Assembly (NCBI GenBank): GCA_041651415.1
Contig: JBAZJH010000002.1
Location: forward strand, 20,474-84,473
Direction of reading: 5' to 3'
Source: Minisyncoccota bacterium
GTDB lineage: Bacteria; Patescibacteriota; Minisyncoccia; UBA6257; XYB1-36-10
DNA: 64,000 bases
The notes below the pieces were generated by a model. The model was not told the DNA's origin. It ran no database searches and saw only the letters and a program-made list of their open reading frames with translations. Positions within the stretch are counted from its first letter, which is position 1. Each line of letters opens with the position of its first letter. Positions 7,117 to 17,700 of this stretch are shown in pieces. The position numbers were made by a program, and so were the translations under genes.

Positions 7117-9231
7117 ATGATTTCTTTAGACACGCCGCTTGAAAAAATCTACGGCATCGGGCCGAGATTTATCGCCAAGTTCAAAAAACTTGAGATATTA
7201 ACGGTGAAAGATTTAATCCGACATTTTCCTTTTCGTTATGAAGATTTTTCCAGAATTTCTTCAATTGCCGAACTTAATCCCGGACAACAGGCGACAATCA
7301 AAGCTTATGTAAAAAGAGTGAGCGAAAGACGAAGCTTTAAAAAAAGAATGGTGATAGTAGAAGCAAGATTAGCGGACGAGACGGGAGAAGTGAAGGCGGT
7401 GTGGTTCAACCAGCCGTATGTAAAAAATATTCTGACGCTCGGAAAATTTTTTAACTTTTCGGGGAAGGCCGGGACTTTCGCGGGAGAAACGGTTCTTTCC
7501 AACCCAATGTATGAAGCGGTCGGGCAAGCCGGGCCGAAGCATACAGGGAGGCTTGTGCCGATATATTCGGAAACAAGAGGAATAACTTCAAAAGGCATTC
7601 GATATATCATTAAGCCGGTTTTGGAAAATCTGGAGGAAATGGAAGATTTTATTCCGGATGAAATTTTAGACGAAAACAAATTGCCGGACATAAACGAAGC
7701 GATAAGAAATATCCATTTCCCCTCCTTAATAGAAGACGCCGATTCAGCCAGAAAAAGATTCGCCTTTGAAGATTTGTTTTTGCTTTCCATTTTAAATCTG
7801 GGAAAAAGAGCGGTGCTTTCAAAATTGAAATCAATAGCCATAGAAAGTGACCCGCAGTTCATGAAGGAAGCGGAAAAAATTTTGCCTTTTTTAATGACAG
7901 CGAGCCAAAAGAAATGTTTGGAAGAAATTTTAGGCGACATGGGAAAGCCAACGCCGATGAATAGACTGCTTCAAGGAGATGTGGGAAGCGGCAAAACAGC
8001 GGTGGCGGCCTTAGCGGCGCTAGCTGCCGCAAAAGGAGGAATGCAGGCGGCTTTTATGGCGCCGACAGAAGTTTTAGCGCGCCAGCATTATGAAACAATC
8101 AAAAGGCTTTTTGCAAAAACAGAAATAACTGCCGGACTCATTACGGGAGCAAACAAAGGAAGAATGTTTTTTGGAGAAGGACTGGAAGCGGAAATTTATA
8201 AAAAAGAAATAAAGAAAAAAACGGAAGAAGGGAAAGTGAAAATTTTAATCGGAACACATTCCTTGATTCAAGAAGACGTGAAGTTTGAAAATTTGGGAAT
8301 TGTGATTGTGGACGAACAACACCGATTCGGAGTGGAACAAAGAGCAAAATTAGCCGGAGGAGAAAAAAAGAAAAAGGCGCTCCCCCATTTTTTATCAATG
8401 AGCGCCACGCCAATTCCGAGAACTTTGACTTTAACCATCTTCGGAGATTTAAATCTTTCAACAATCGACGAGATGCCGAAAGGCAGAAAGGAAATTAAGA
8501 CAAGCGTAGTGCCGCCGGAAAAAAGAGAAGAAGCTTATGATTTTATAAGAAAAGAGGTGAAGCAAGGCAGACAGGTTTTTGTGGTTTGCCCAAGAATAGA
8601 AGAAAGCGAAGCTGTCAGCGCCGGACAAGAGCTTTTTCAGATGGAGACGGCTTCCGTAAAAAAAGAATACGAAAAATTATCAACACAAATTTTTCCGGAT
8701 TTAAAAGTGGCAATGCTCCATGGAAAATTAAAAGCCAAGGAAAAAGAAGAAGCGATGAATAAATTCAAAGAAGGGAAAACGGATATTTTAGTTTCCACTT
8801 CGGTTATAGAAGTGGGAGTGGACGCGCCAAACGCAACCGTTATGATGATAGAAGGAGCGGAGAGATTCGGACTCGCCCAGATTTATCAATTTCGAGGGAG
8901 AGTGGGGCGGGGTGAACATCAGTCCTATTGTTTTTTATTTACCGAATCCACAACGGATAAAACAACGGAAAGATTAAAAGCAATACTGAAAGCAAAGAAT
9001 GGATTCGAGCTGGCGGAAATGGATTTGGAAATAAGAGGGCCGGGACAATTTTTAGGCAAGAAGCAGACAGGATTGCCAGACACAGCAATGAAGTCGCTGC
9101 AAAACATTTCCATAATAAAGGAAGCAAGAAAGGCGGCGGAAAAAATATTAAAACAGGATATAACGCTTGTTTCTTTTCCAAGATTAAGAGAAAAAATAAA
9201 ATCGTTCAAAAAAGAAATCCATCAGGAATAA
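7117..9231 (+). CDS. recG: ATP-dependent DNA helicase RecG
   Basis: RLLQGDVGSGKT, DEQHRFGV, MSATPIPRTL, QFRGRVGRG and DLEIRGPG motifs. Confidence 0.97.
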   Translation: MISLDTPLEKIYGIGPRFIAKFKKLEILTVKDLIRHFPFRYEDFSRISSIAELNPGQQATIKAYVKRVSERRSFKKRMVIVEARLADETGEVKAVWFNQPYVKNILTLGKFFNFSGKAGTFAGETVLSNPMYEAVGQAGPKHTGRLVPIYSETRGITSKGIRYIIKPVLENLEEMEDFIPDEILDENKLPDINEAIRNIHFPSLIEDADSARKRFAFEDLFLLSILNLGKRAVLSKLKSIAIESDPQFMKEAEKILPFLMTASQKKCLEEILGDMGKPTPMNRLLQGDVGSGKTAVAALAALAAAKGGMQAAFMAPTEVLARQHYETIKRLFAKTEITAGLITGANKGRMFFGEGLEAEIYKKEIKKKTEEGKVKILIGTHSLIQEDVKFENLGIVIVDEQHRFGVEQRAKLAGGEKKKKALPHFLSMSATPIPRTLTLTIFGDLNLSTIDEMPKGRKEIKTSVVPPEKREEAYDFIRKEVKQGRQVFVVCPRIEESEAVSAGQELFQMETASVKKEYEKLSTQIFPDLKVAMLHGKLKAKEKEEAMNKFKEGKTDILVSTSVIEVGVDAPNATVMMIEGAERFGLAQIYQFRGRVGRGEHQSYCFLFTESTTDKTTERLKAILKAKNGFELAEMDLEIRGPGQFLGKKQTGLPDTAMKSLQNISIIKEARKAAEKILKQDITLVSFPRLREKIKSFKKEIHQE

Positions 9232-9244
9232 AAAACCAATAAGA

Positions 9245-9338
9245 TTTACTCCGACCAAAGTCGGAGTTTATTAAATCTTAGCCGCTTCAAACCCCTTAAG
9301 ATAGCGCGCGGGGTTTGAAACTGAGATTTAATAAAAAA
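9245..9338. repeat. Two-hairpin non-coding repeat, copy 1 (REP family A plus a long hairpin)
   Basis: Homologous to 35681-35769 with a compensatory base-pair change. Confidence 0.7.
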
Positions 9339-9340
9339 GA

Positions 9341-9367
9341 AAAAAGGGAGCAAGGTGCTCCCTTTTT
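9341..9367. terminator. Bidirectional terminator
   Basis: AAAAGGGAGCA/TGCTCCCTTTT stem between convergent genes. Confidence 0.75.
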
Positions 9368-9386
9368 GAATAAAGTGCGAACGAAA

Positions 9387-10631
9387 TTAGGCAACGTGAA
9401 AAAGTTCGTTGCCCCGGCCTTGCTGAATGAGCGGAACAAAGTTTTCCAGTACCTGCAGAACGAGTGGGTCGGCAAGATTAATAACTTTTCCACATTCGGC
9501 TGATACATAAGAGGCCATAACAAGACGGGTGATTTCCAGACCGTATTCCCAGTCCAGAAAAGCATTTTTCCCTTCCGAAAAAGCAGAAAGAGCGTTGCGC
9601 CATTCCGAAACGTATCCATACAGATCCGGTTCGTTTGGTTGGACCGCAAGAAGACCGCGGGAAGCAGTGGCTTTTTCCAGCGCCGCTTCCGCGTTAGCGG
9701 TTGCTTCTGCGGCGGCATCACCGATAAAGATGGAGAGCGGAGAAATCAGCGAATTAACTTCAAGAGCGTAACCGGGACCCATGGCTTCCATAAGAAGCCG
9801 CAGACCTTGCTTTTCAAACATCCAAGAATCAGTGAACTGCGCCTGGGCAATCTGGCCTGTTTCGGGATTTTCAAAAACGATAGTTCCCGAACAATAATCT
9901 TCGGCGGGAGTTTTGGCGTAGTCAACTCCTCTGTCCTTCAAAAGTTTTTCACGCCAATACGGAAGACCCCACTTCAGAAGACCGAGACTGCAGTTGACTG
10001 ATTTCGGCCTCATAAAAGTCGGCGATTTTCCGATGGGGTTAAGACAATACCAACCGACCGCGATGCTGTGACAGCCCATATCGCAAAGAACGCCGCCACC
10101 TTGGCGAGTGGGATCCCAGAACCAACCTTCGTGCGGACCGCCATGTTCTTCAGCGGAACGAGTTAGCGTGACTGGACCCATCTTTTTTTGAGTCGGCGTC
10201 AATTGAGTAAGCGCTGAGTGAATTGCCGGCATATGAATCTGGTTTTCGAAATAGGCGGTGTTGAGCCCGACGGAATTTGCCAATTCAACAAGACGCCGAG
10301 CTTCTTTCATGTTGCTACCTAAAGGCTTCTCACAAATAACACCTTTGAGATTCTCGCCTTTTTGGACCGCTTGAGTGATTTCTTCCATCGTTTCAACCCG
10401 AGCAAAGTTCGGCATAAACATGCAAACGATGTCGGAGATTTGGCAGAGTTCGGATACGCTTTCACATACTGAACATTCGCCCAGTCCGTTCGATTCCACT
10501 TCTGCGGCGAATGCTTCCGCCCCAGCGACAGCGAAAACACCAGTTATTTCTGCTCCTCTTACTGACTGAAGAGCCAACCGATGAAAATTTGCATTGAACC
10601 CCGCGCCTATAATTCCTACTTTTAGATTCAT
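9387..10631 (-). CDS. Gfo/Idh/MocA family oxidoreductase
   Basis: VGIIGAGF Rossmann motif, ICEKPL, GGGVLCDMGCH; AAGGAGG SD. Confidence 0.9.
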   Translation of the reverse strand: MNLKVGIIGAGFNANFHRLALQSVRGAEITGVFAVAGAEAFAAEVESNGLGECSVCESVSELCQISDIVCMFMPNFARVETMEEITQAVQKGENLKGVICEKPLGSNMKEARRLVELANSVGLNTAYFENQIHMPAIHSALTQLTPTQKKMGPVTLTRSAEEHGGPHEGWFWDPTRQGGGVLCDMGCHSIAVGWYCLNPIGKSPTFMRPKSVNCSLGLLKWGLPYWREKLLKDRGVDYAKTPAEDYCSGTIVFENPETGQIAQAQFTDSWMFEKQGLRLLMEAMGPGYALEVNSLISPLSIFIGDAAAEATANAEAALEKATASRGLLAVQPNEPDLYGYVSEWRNALSAFSEGKNAFLDWEYGLEITRLVMASYVSAECGKVINLADPLVLQVLENFVPLIQQGRGNELFHVA

Positions 10632-10837
10632 TTTTTTCCTCCTTATGAGAAAAACTTTTTAGTTAGCGCAAACATAATTTATTGTTTGCTTTTATTTGAA
10701 ACATTTTTACTTCTTGCTTTAATAACGCAAAAGCATCTTTAACCTCCTTTCCGAAAGATAAACTAAAAAATATTATTGATGTAAAAGTGCGGGAAGATGT
10801 TAACACAATAATTTTTATTTGTAAATAGCAGTAGAAA

Positions 10838-10996
10838 AAGTAAAAGGCCATCAGATGATGGCCTTGTTTGCAGTTTATAGTCTAAATTTTAAAAACTTTT
10901 TGAAAGGCAGTTAAACGCCTGGTGTTTGATTAGTGCGTTTAATTAGTGTGCCTTTATAAAAAGCTTTTCTTTTTTTAGACTGATTTCAATGTTCTA
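10838..10996 (-). ncRNA. Candidate standalone structured small RNA
   Basis: Promoter TTGCTC-17-TATATT (11002-11030), long irregular hairpin, terminator AAGGCCATCA-TC-TGATGGCCTTTT; no ORF. Confidence 0.45.
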
Positions 10997-11039
10997 ACTT
11001 AAATATACAAAAAAGAAGTAAAGAGAGCAAGTGAGGGGG

Positions 11040-11298
11040 TGTGGAAAACTTTCGCTCACAACCTATAGCCGTTTTCAAAAACGCTTCAAGACTTTTTAAA
11101 TTAAAAAGAATTTTTTACGGAAGAAGCTTAACGCGGTGCCCGTTTGCCTTTTTGTCCGAAACGGACAAAAAGTTTTCCGACCACTACTTCTTCCTGAAAA
11201 ATTCTTAATTTAATAAAGTCTTTACGCTAAATTTTTAAGCGGCTATAGGTTGCTCGCTTGTTAGTGATAGTAAGGAAGCTCCGACCTTGAGTCGGAGC
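11040..11298. repeat. Modular long-hairpin non-coding element, copy A
   Basis: About 195-nt imperfect inverted repeat flanked by TTTCGCTC and CTCGCT; right half homologous to 63733-63844. Confidence 0.7.
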
Positions 11299-11319
11299 AA
11301 ATAATCAGCCAAAGGTTCC

Positions 11320-12813
11320 TTATTTGCGGAATTTGGGAGTGACCCAGAAGCCGAGACGCCACTTGCCGCCAAGAGCAAGCCTGGTTTGAGCTTCAATAGC
11401 CGGAAGAGAACCGAAGACAATCAGAGTGAAGGGCATTAGAGCCCACTGCAGAAGAAAGAGAAGATAGTGCCACCATTTAAACCATTTAGGAGGAGACGGG
11501 AGGAGAAGAATGGAAATAATAGCGGAAGAAACGATACCGATAGAAGCGAGACTCATTATGAAGCGGGTGATTTCCGGAAGATTATAAGACAAAAGAGAAT
11601 AGTTGAAATTTTCACCGCCAAGATAAATCGGGAGCCATCCTAAAGCAAAAATCAAAAGAGAATTGGTCGCCCAAGAGTGATAGCCCTCCAAAGTATTAAA
11701 GGTCCAATAAAGTTTTGTTTTGAGCGGCATCTTTTTATTTTTAAAAAATCCCCGCAAAAGATAAGGAACATTTTCCGAACCCCAAGCCCAGCGACGCTGC
11801 TGCTTATAAAGATTTTTCATCGAACCCCAAAAAGTAGAAGCGACGTTGGCATCCATGCAAACCGGATAGTTCAGCGGAACGACATGCCAGTCGCCGGAAT
11901 TGCCGATAAGGCATTGCCAAAAAATGCGCGAATCTTCCGAGACCAAATCTTTTTCCCAAAAACCGATATTGACGAGAGCTTTAAAAGGCATCGAGTGCGA
12001 AGAAAAAGTGGTGAGGCGTTCCGGGCGGGCCTGCTGCATCATCTGCCAAAAAGTGGTGGAAAAAGAAACAACGCGAGCAAGGGAAGGAGCTTGAAAAATA
12101 TTATTGGTAAAAAGAGGAATTGGCTGGAAGCTGGATTTCTCCGGATGCTCCGCAGTCAAAAAATTATAAGAAAGAATGCCAAAATATTCCGGCAGAACTT
12201 GCGTATCGACATCAAAAACGGAAACCAGAATATTTTCATATGGAATATTTTTTTTATCAATAACAAGCTCCTTAACTTTTTGCGCCATCCAAGTTTCGTT
12301 TGAGCCTTTGCCGGGAATTTCATCGGGAAGGTCGGAAGGATGAACGGTAATCAAGAAGTCCAAAAAATTATTCTGAAATTCATTTTTTATTTTTTCGGCG
12401 ATGGAAACAGCTTCTTCCCCCGCCCGCTCCTCCGCGCCGAGAACAAGAATAAATTTTTGCGAAGGATAATTGGATTCCAAAACACTTTTAAAACTTTCCC
12501 TGATAACTTCATAAGGCTCCTTATAAAAAGGAAAAAGAATAAGGTGATAAAGCTCCTCCCAATTTTTTTCGCTTTTTCCGTTTTCAGAAAGATTTTTTAT
12601 TCTTGAAAGCCAGTTGATTTTAAGATTCTTTTTCATTTCCTGAAAAGTGTGCCGCAAATGGAAGGAAAGAAAAATAGTTTTCAAGAGCCAATAAATATCA
12701 AAAAGGATGATAAAAACCGCCACAAAGACGGGGAAAAAATAGGAAAAGAAGAACATGCCGATTATTGTTCCCCAAGCAAGAAGGGCGGGAATAGCTTCAA
12801 AGAGTCTAGACAC
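11320..12813 (-). CDS. Membrane glycosyltransferase family 2
   Basis: FDVD, SED and QQRRWAWG processive GT2 motifs; multiple TM segments. Confidence 0.85.
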   Translation of the reverse strand: MSRLFEAIPALLAWGTIIGMFFFSYFFPVFVAVFIILFDIYWLLKTIFLSFHLRHTFQEMKKNLKINWLSRIKNLSENGKSEKNWEELYHLILFPFYKEPYEVIRESFKSVLESNYPSQKFILVLGAEERAGEEAVSIAEKIKNEFQNNFLDFLITVHPSDLPDEIPGKGSNETWMAQKVKELVIDKKNIPYENILVSVFDVDTQVLPEYFGILSYNFLTAEHPEKSSFQPIPLFTNNIFQAPSLARVVSFSTTFWQMMQQARPERLTTFSSHSMPFKALVNIGFWEKDLVSEDSRIFWQCLIGNSGDWHVVPLNYPVCMDANVASTFWGSMKNLYKQQRRWAWGSENVPYLLRGFFKNKKMPLKTKLYWTFNTLEGYHSWATNSLLIFALGWLPIYLGGENFNYSLLSYNLPEITRFIMSLASIGIVSSAIISILLLPSPPKWFKWWHYLLFLLQWALMPFTLIVFGSLPAIEAQTRLALGGKWRLGFWVTPKFRK

Positions 12814-12821
12814 AAGTTAGA

Positions 12822-13175
12822 TTAAAACAGTCCAAACATACTTTCGTCAAGAGAAAGGATACCGGCGTTTTTAGTAAAGAAGAAAAGAGCAAGAGCAAAA
12901 AGAACAAAGTCTAAAATAAATTCATCAAGAGAATATTTCTTTTTGGCAAGCTTGAAAGCAAGAAGTATGAAAAATTCCAAAGCGATGAAAAGAGCGGCAA
13001 AGTTAAAAAGAAAACCAATAAAAATAAGAGAGCCCATCACAAGGTCAATGAGCCCGATATATTTTGTTTTAGAAAATTTTTTAAATCCTTTTTCGAAAAG
13101 AAAAGCCCCAAAAGAAAGGCGGAGGATAAAAAAGGTAATATCGCTTAGAATAAGAAGAATGGGAAAGATGTTCAT
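12822..13175 (-). CDS. DoxX-like membrane protein
   Basis: LRLSFGAFLFEKGFKK and GILSLD motifs; hydrophobic segments. Confidence 0.6.
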   Translation of the reverse strand: MNIFPILLILSDITFFILRLSFGAFLFEKGFKKFSKTKYIGLIDLVMGSLIFIGFLFNFAALFIALEFFILLAFKLAKKKYSLDEFILDFVLFALALFFFTKNAGILSLDESMFGLF

Positions 13176-13234
13176 AGCAGTTGATTAGTTTAAGTTTTTT
13201 TATTATGATAGCATAAGATTTTTCAAAATCAAAA

Positions 13235-13306
13235 GGCCCTATCGTCTAGTGGTTAGGACGCCAGGTTTTCATCCTGGTAACCGGGGTCCGACTCCCCGTA
13301 GGGTCA
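13235..13306 (+). tRNA. tRNA-Glu(TTC)
   Basis: Cloverleaf; anticodon arm CCAGG-TTTTCAT-CCTGG; T-loop reads TCCGA. Confidence 0.93.
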
Positions 13307-13312
13307 CAAAAT

Positions 13313-13336
13313 AAAAAACGCCTCTCGGCGTTTTTT
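13313..13336. terminator. Bidirectional terminator
   Basis: AAAAAACGCC-TCTC-GGCGTTTTTT. Confidence 0.7.
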
Positions 13337-13344
13337 ATTTTTTA

Positions 13345-13962
13345 TCAACTTAATTTTATTTTGACTCGTTTAGATTTGTCGCGGTTCAATTTGGGAAGCT
13401 TAATGGTAAGAATTCCATCTTTCAGTTCAGCTTCCGATTTATCGGGATTTATTTCTTCCGGAAGAATGACAGAACGGGAAAATTTTCCCCAGTAGCATTC
13501 CTGATAAAAGAAATTGTCTTCTTTCACTTTTTCCCGTCTTTCTCTTTTGCCTTTTATAGAAACCGATTCGCTTGTGATATCGATATTCAAATCCTCCGGA
13601 GAAACGCCGGCAACGGTGGATTGAATGATTATTTCTTCCGGAGTCTGAAAGACATCAATAGTGAGCTGGCCTTCCGCTTCGCCAAAAAAAGGATCGGAAT
13701 CAATAAATTCGTCTTCGCCTTCTTTCTCTATATTTTTTTCTTCTTCCTTTTCCATTTTTATTTTTTTAGTTTTTGGTTTAGAAAGAGAAATTTTTTCAGA
13801 TTTAGCGATAGTCGCAATCGGCAGACTTTCCGGAGAGGAAACTTCCGCGTCAACGCTTTCAACATTTAAAGCTTCTTCTTTTTCCTCCAACGGTTCGGAG
13901 GGACCGGAATCATTTTTCCCGCCGACCAAACTTTCGAAATATTCTTTTGAGTTTTTATCCAT
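13345..13962 (-). CDS. Hsp20/alpha-crystallin small heat-shock protein
   Basis: GQLTIDVFQT, QECYWGKFSRSVILP and LKDGILTIKLPK motifs; acidic N-terminal extension. Confidence 0.9.
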   Translation of the reverse strand: MDKNSKEYFESLVGGKNDSGPSEPLEEKEEALNVESVDAEVSSPESLPIATIAKSEKISLSKPKTKKIKMEKEEEKNIEKEGEDEFIDSDPFFGEAEGQLTIDVFQTPEEIIIQSTVAGVSPEDLNIDITSESVSIKGKRERREKVKEDNFFYQECYWGKFSRSVILPEEINPDKSEAELKDGILTIKLPKLNRDKSKRVKIKLS

Positions 13963-13985
13963 AAAAAAATTAAAAATTTATAAGA

Positions 13986-14672
13986 CTAAGCGGAGACGGC
14001 CTTTAGTTTTTCAAAATCATTCAAGACAAACAAACCGACAAGCAAGAGAAAAATAGTTGGCGTAACAACCGCTCCCGCATTAATTATAAGATAATTGAAA
14101 AAAGCGTGCAATAAGGAAGCAAGAAGAATTCCTTCAGAAACAAAAAGAAATTTTTCTTTCATTCTTAGCCCTAGCGCAAAATAATAGCCAATGAAGGCAG
14201 AACACAAACTATGAAGAAGAGTGGCGCCAATAAAACGCAAAGTGACGGTGTGAAAAACAGCGCCAATTTGCAGATAGTCGTTCCACTGATTCACGGCAGC
14301 GCCAATGTTTTCCACAGCGGCAAAACCTAAAGCGGCCGCAACCATATAAACCATAGCATCCACCGGTTCATCAAAATAACGGCTTTTACTAATGAACCAA
14401 AAGACAAAAGCAAATTTAATAATTTCTTCGATGAAAGAAAAACCTAAAAAGGAAAGAGAAGAAGATTCAGAGACGCCATAGAACCCGAGAAGATTACTAA
14501 GCTCTATTTCAAAGAAAAAAGCGAAGAAAGTAGCGGCAGCGCCGATAAGAAAAGCGAAAAAAATCATTTTTTTTGGCTCAGGACGTTTTGCGTCTTCCCG
14601 AAGATAAAAAAGAAGCCAGGCAAAGCTTGGCAAAAGCCCCAGAAAAACAGCCAAATAAAGCATATAAAGCAT
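13986..14672 (-). CDS. prsW: PrsW family intramembrane metalloprotease
   Basis: IEEIIK, GFAAVEN, LLH and LLHAFFN motifs. Confidence 0.88.
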   Translation of the reverse strand: MLYMLYLAVFLGLLPSFAWLLFYLREDAKRPEPKKMIFFAFLIGAAATFFAFFFEIELSNLLGFYGVSESSSLSFLGFSFIEEIIKFAFVFWFISKSRYFDEPVDAMVYMVAAALGFAAVENIGAAVNQWNDYLQIGAVFHTVTLRFIGATLLHSLCSAFIGYYFALGLRMKEKFLFVSEGILLASLLHAFFNYLIINAGAVVTPTIFLLLVGLFVLNDFEKLKAVSA

Positions 14673-14724
14673 TATATAAAATAAACCGCTTAATTTCTAA
14701 TTTTACAAAAACCGGAAAAAGTTT

Positions 14725-17700
14725 TTATCTTTTTAAATTGGAGGTTATAAATCTGCTTGGAAATTTAAGAAAAGATTTAAAATCTTTCAAAGGATGTTCG
14801 ATATTAATTCCATCAACAAAAAACTTTCCCTTATTGATAACCAACTCAAAATCGGCGCGGCTATTTTTGCCAGTAAAGAAGATTCTTAAACTCTCCCCCA
14901 CTCTTTTATCCAAAAATTTTTCCGCGGAAACTGATTTTATATCTCTAAAGCTTTTGCGGAAAAATTCCAAAGCTTCTTTATCTTTATCGTTTTCTAAAAG
15001 CTCTATAACAGCTGATGATTGTTCGGGAGTGAAGTCTTCGCTTAAAGCAAAATAAATATGTTTATCAATCGTTTCCAAAGGCAATTCGGAGAGCTTGGAA
15101 ACTTCAATCATTCTTTTTGCCTCTTCGGGATTATCAAGGTCAAGATTAGATAAAGAAATCAAAGTTTCGTTTATTTTTTCAGGATTTTCTTTTTCCAAGC
15201 CAAGTTCTTTTATAAATTCGTTTTCATCGGCTATTTGGAATCCGCTTTGTTTAAGTTTTTCTATAGCTTCAGCAGAATTGGAAGGCGGCATAAACTTTTC
15301 TGTTTTTTCCTCAATTTGCTCCAAAGGCGCTTCTCTGTACTTTTCTCCAATTTCCGCTTGCTCCTCAATATTCTCAGAAGACAGGTTATCCGACGGCAAT
15401 TCCTGATTTTCGACAATCGGAAGATTAAGATTATCAGGAGCCGGAATTTCTTTCACATAATAAGAAGATTCCTGCCAATTTTCCTTATCCTCGCCGGTTC
15501 CAATAATATTTTCAATCGCTTCTTTGGAAAGATTTTCAGTCAAGATTTCTTTCGGAAAAGCATCACGGAAAGCTTCGTCCCATTTAATACTTTCAATCAT
15601 TTCTTTAGATAAGCGGCGAAAATTGGGATTTTCAGGCAGGCCATATTTTTCCGGATTAGAAAGAACAATATCTTTCAAGCGGTCGATATTATAAATTTTG
15701 AGAGCTTCTTTTGATTTTTCATCCGCGCCAAGATTTTCAAAAAGTTCTTTAAATCTGCCTTGCAATTGAAGTTCGGCTTCTTTCCAAACGCTTTTCCCGC
15801 CTTGATAATCAAGATGTTCGGCAGATTTAAAAATATCGGGAGTTTCAATAGACACTTTAGGCAAGGTTTGTTCCGCCATCTTAAGTTCTTCAGCTACACC
15901 AGTAATGCCAGCGGATTTTTCAGAAAAATCGCCTTGAATTTCGGAAACATTTGGTTCATAAGCAGTTTGTTCAGTTGTTTCAGATAGTTTTGATTGAACC
16001 GGTTCAAAGCCTTCGGGTTCAACATTGAGCTGAGTAAGTTTTTCAGAAGGAATGGAGGCATAATTATCAGAGGGAACAGGATTTTCTTTCATAAAAAAGT
16101 CAGCAATTTTACCCCAAATGCTTTTAGCTCCTTCTTCGCTTTTTTCTTTAACAAATTCAAAAGCATTCTCAATATGGTCAGAGTTTTTCCAAACACTCTC
16201 AATGAGCGTTTCTAAAGTGAGAGCCGAGGTTAAAGTTTTAGCTCCTTTTGAAACAAGCCCGCTATAATAAGAAAGATGGTCAACCATTCCAAAATCGCTA
16301 ACCATAGAATCAAGTTCTTTCAAAAATTCAGCGTTTTTCTTTAAAAGCTTTTCTTTTTCCAATTCTTTCTGTTTTTCTCCCAATTTTTTATCATTTTCAA
16401 TCTGATTAAATTTGTCATTAAGTTTAAAAACGGTCCGCCTAATTCTGATGTCAGCAAGAGACGTATAATAAGCGGAAATGTTTTGTCTGTTTACTCTCTT
16501 TGCAAGATCGCCCAAAAGACTTTTTTCGTAAGCTTCTTTAAAATCTTCAGCAGAGGCTTTTTCTTTTCCTTTTTCATTAGCTAATTTTTCCGCTTCTTCG
16601 TAAAGTCTAAGAGCTTCTTCTTCGGCGCGCTTTAAATCATCAACACGAACTTTTTTGATAACTTCTTTATTTTTTAGGCGAGCGCTTTTTTCAATTTCAG
16701 CCAAAAAACCGGTAGCCATAGAACCCATCATAGCTATTCTAAAAGGACTTGAGAGACCGTAACCATGAAGGATTCTCCCCCAGCGCAAGATAGCGGAAGG
16801 AACAGACGACCAACCAGCTGATTTTTCAAGCATTCCTTTGCCAATTTTTTCTCTTTTTTCCCGAGCTTCATTTTCTTTCTTTTCAAAAGCTTCAGCAGTG
16901 GCTTTAAAATGTCTGTTTAAAAAGTCATTAGAAATATTCACGCGAGAAAAAATATTTTTTAAAATCCAATTGGAATTTTCTTTAAAATAATATCCGGCAT
17001 CAGCCACGCCTTCAAAAAGGGTTTTCTTTTGTTTCTCGGAAAGTTTTTCAACAGCTTCCGCAATTTCTTCGCTTATTTTTTCTCCGTTTAAATCAGCTTC
17101 GCTAAGACTACCAGCAAGCAGTTCAACTTCTTCCAAACTTTCCTTAACTTCTTTCAGTTCTTCCCCAATAAAAATATCATCGAGAGTCAATTCGTCTTGA
17201 TTTTCTTCTAAAACAGGCTGTGATTCTTTTTTTGATTTATTGAGATAATTACTGGCATCTTCAGAGGAAGAGAAATAGTATTTTAAAGGATGCCAAACAT
17301 CTTTTTCATCAAAAAATCGCTCTCTTTCCAAGTCTAAGATTTTTATATCATGATAACTGACTCCATTATCTCTGTTGATATAAAAAGCTTTTTTTCCTTC
17401 TTCAAAATTTTGTTCTAGCCCGAACTTATTAGTAATTGTAATTTCTTTATTTTTTGATTCTTCTTCGACAGATTTTTTTTCTTCTATTTCTTCAGTTTCT
17501 ATTTTTATCGGTTCAGTCGGGGGAAATTTTTCAGAGAGATTGGTTATTTCTTCAACCGATGCCGAATTTTCTTCCGGCGCAGCAGGAGGAATTTCTTCTG
17601 ATTTCGAAAATCTATTATGTTCTTTTTTTGCATATTCTTCCGCTTCTTTTTTATTACCAAAGAACCATTGCAATTCAAGCCAATTACCGGAAGAAAAAAA

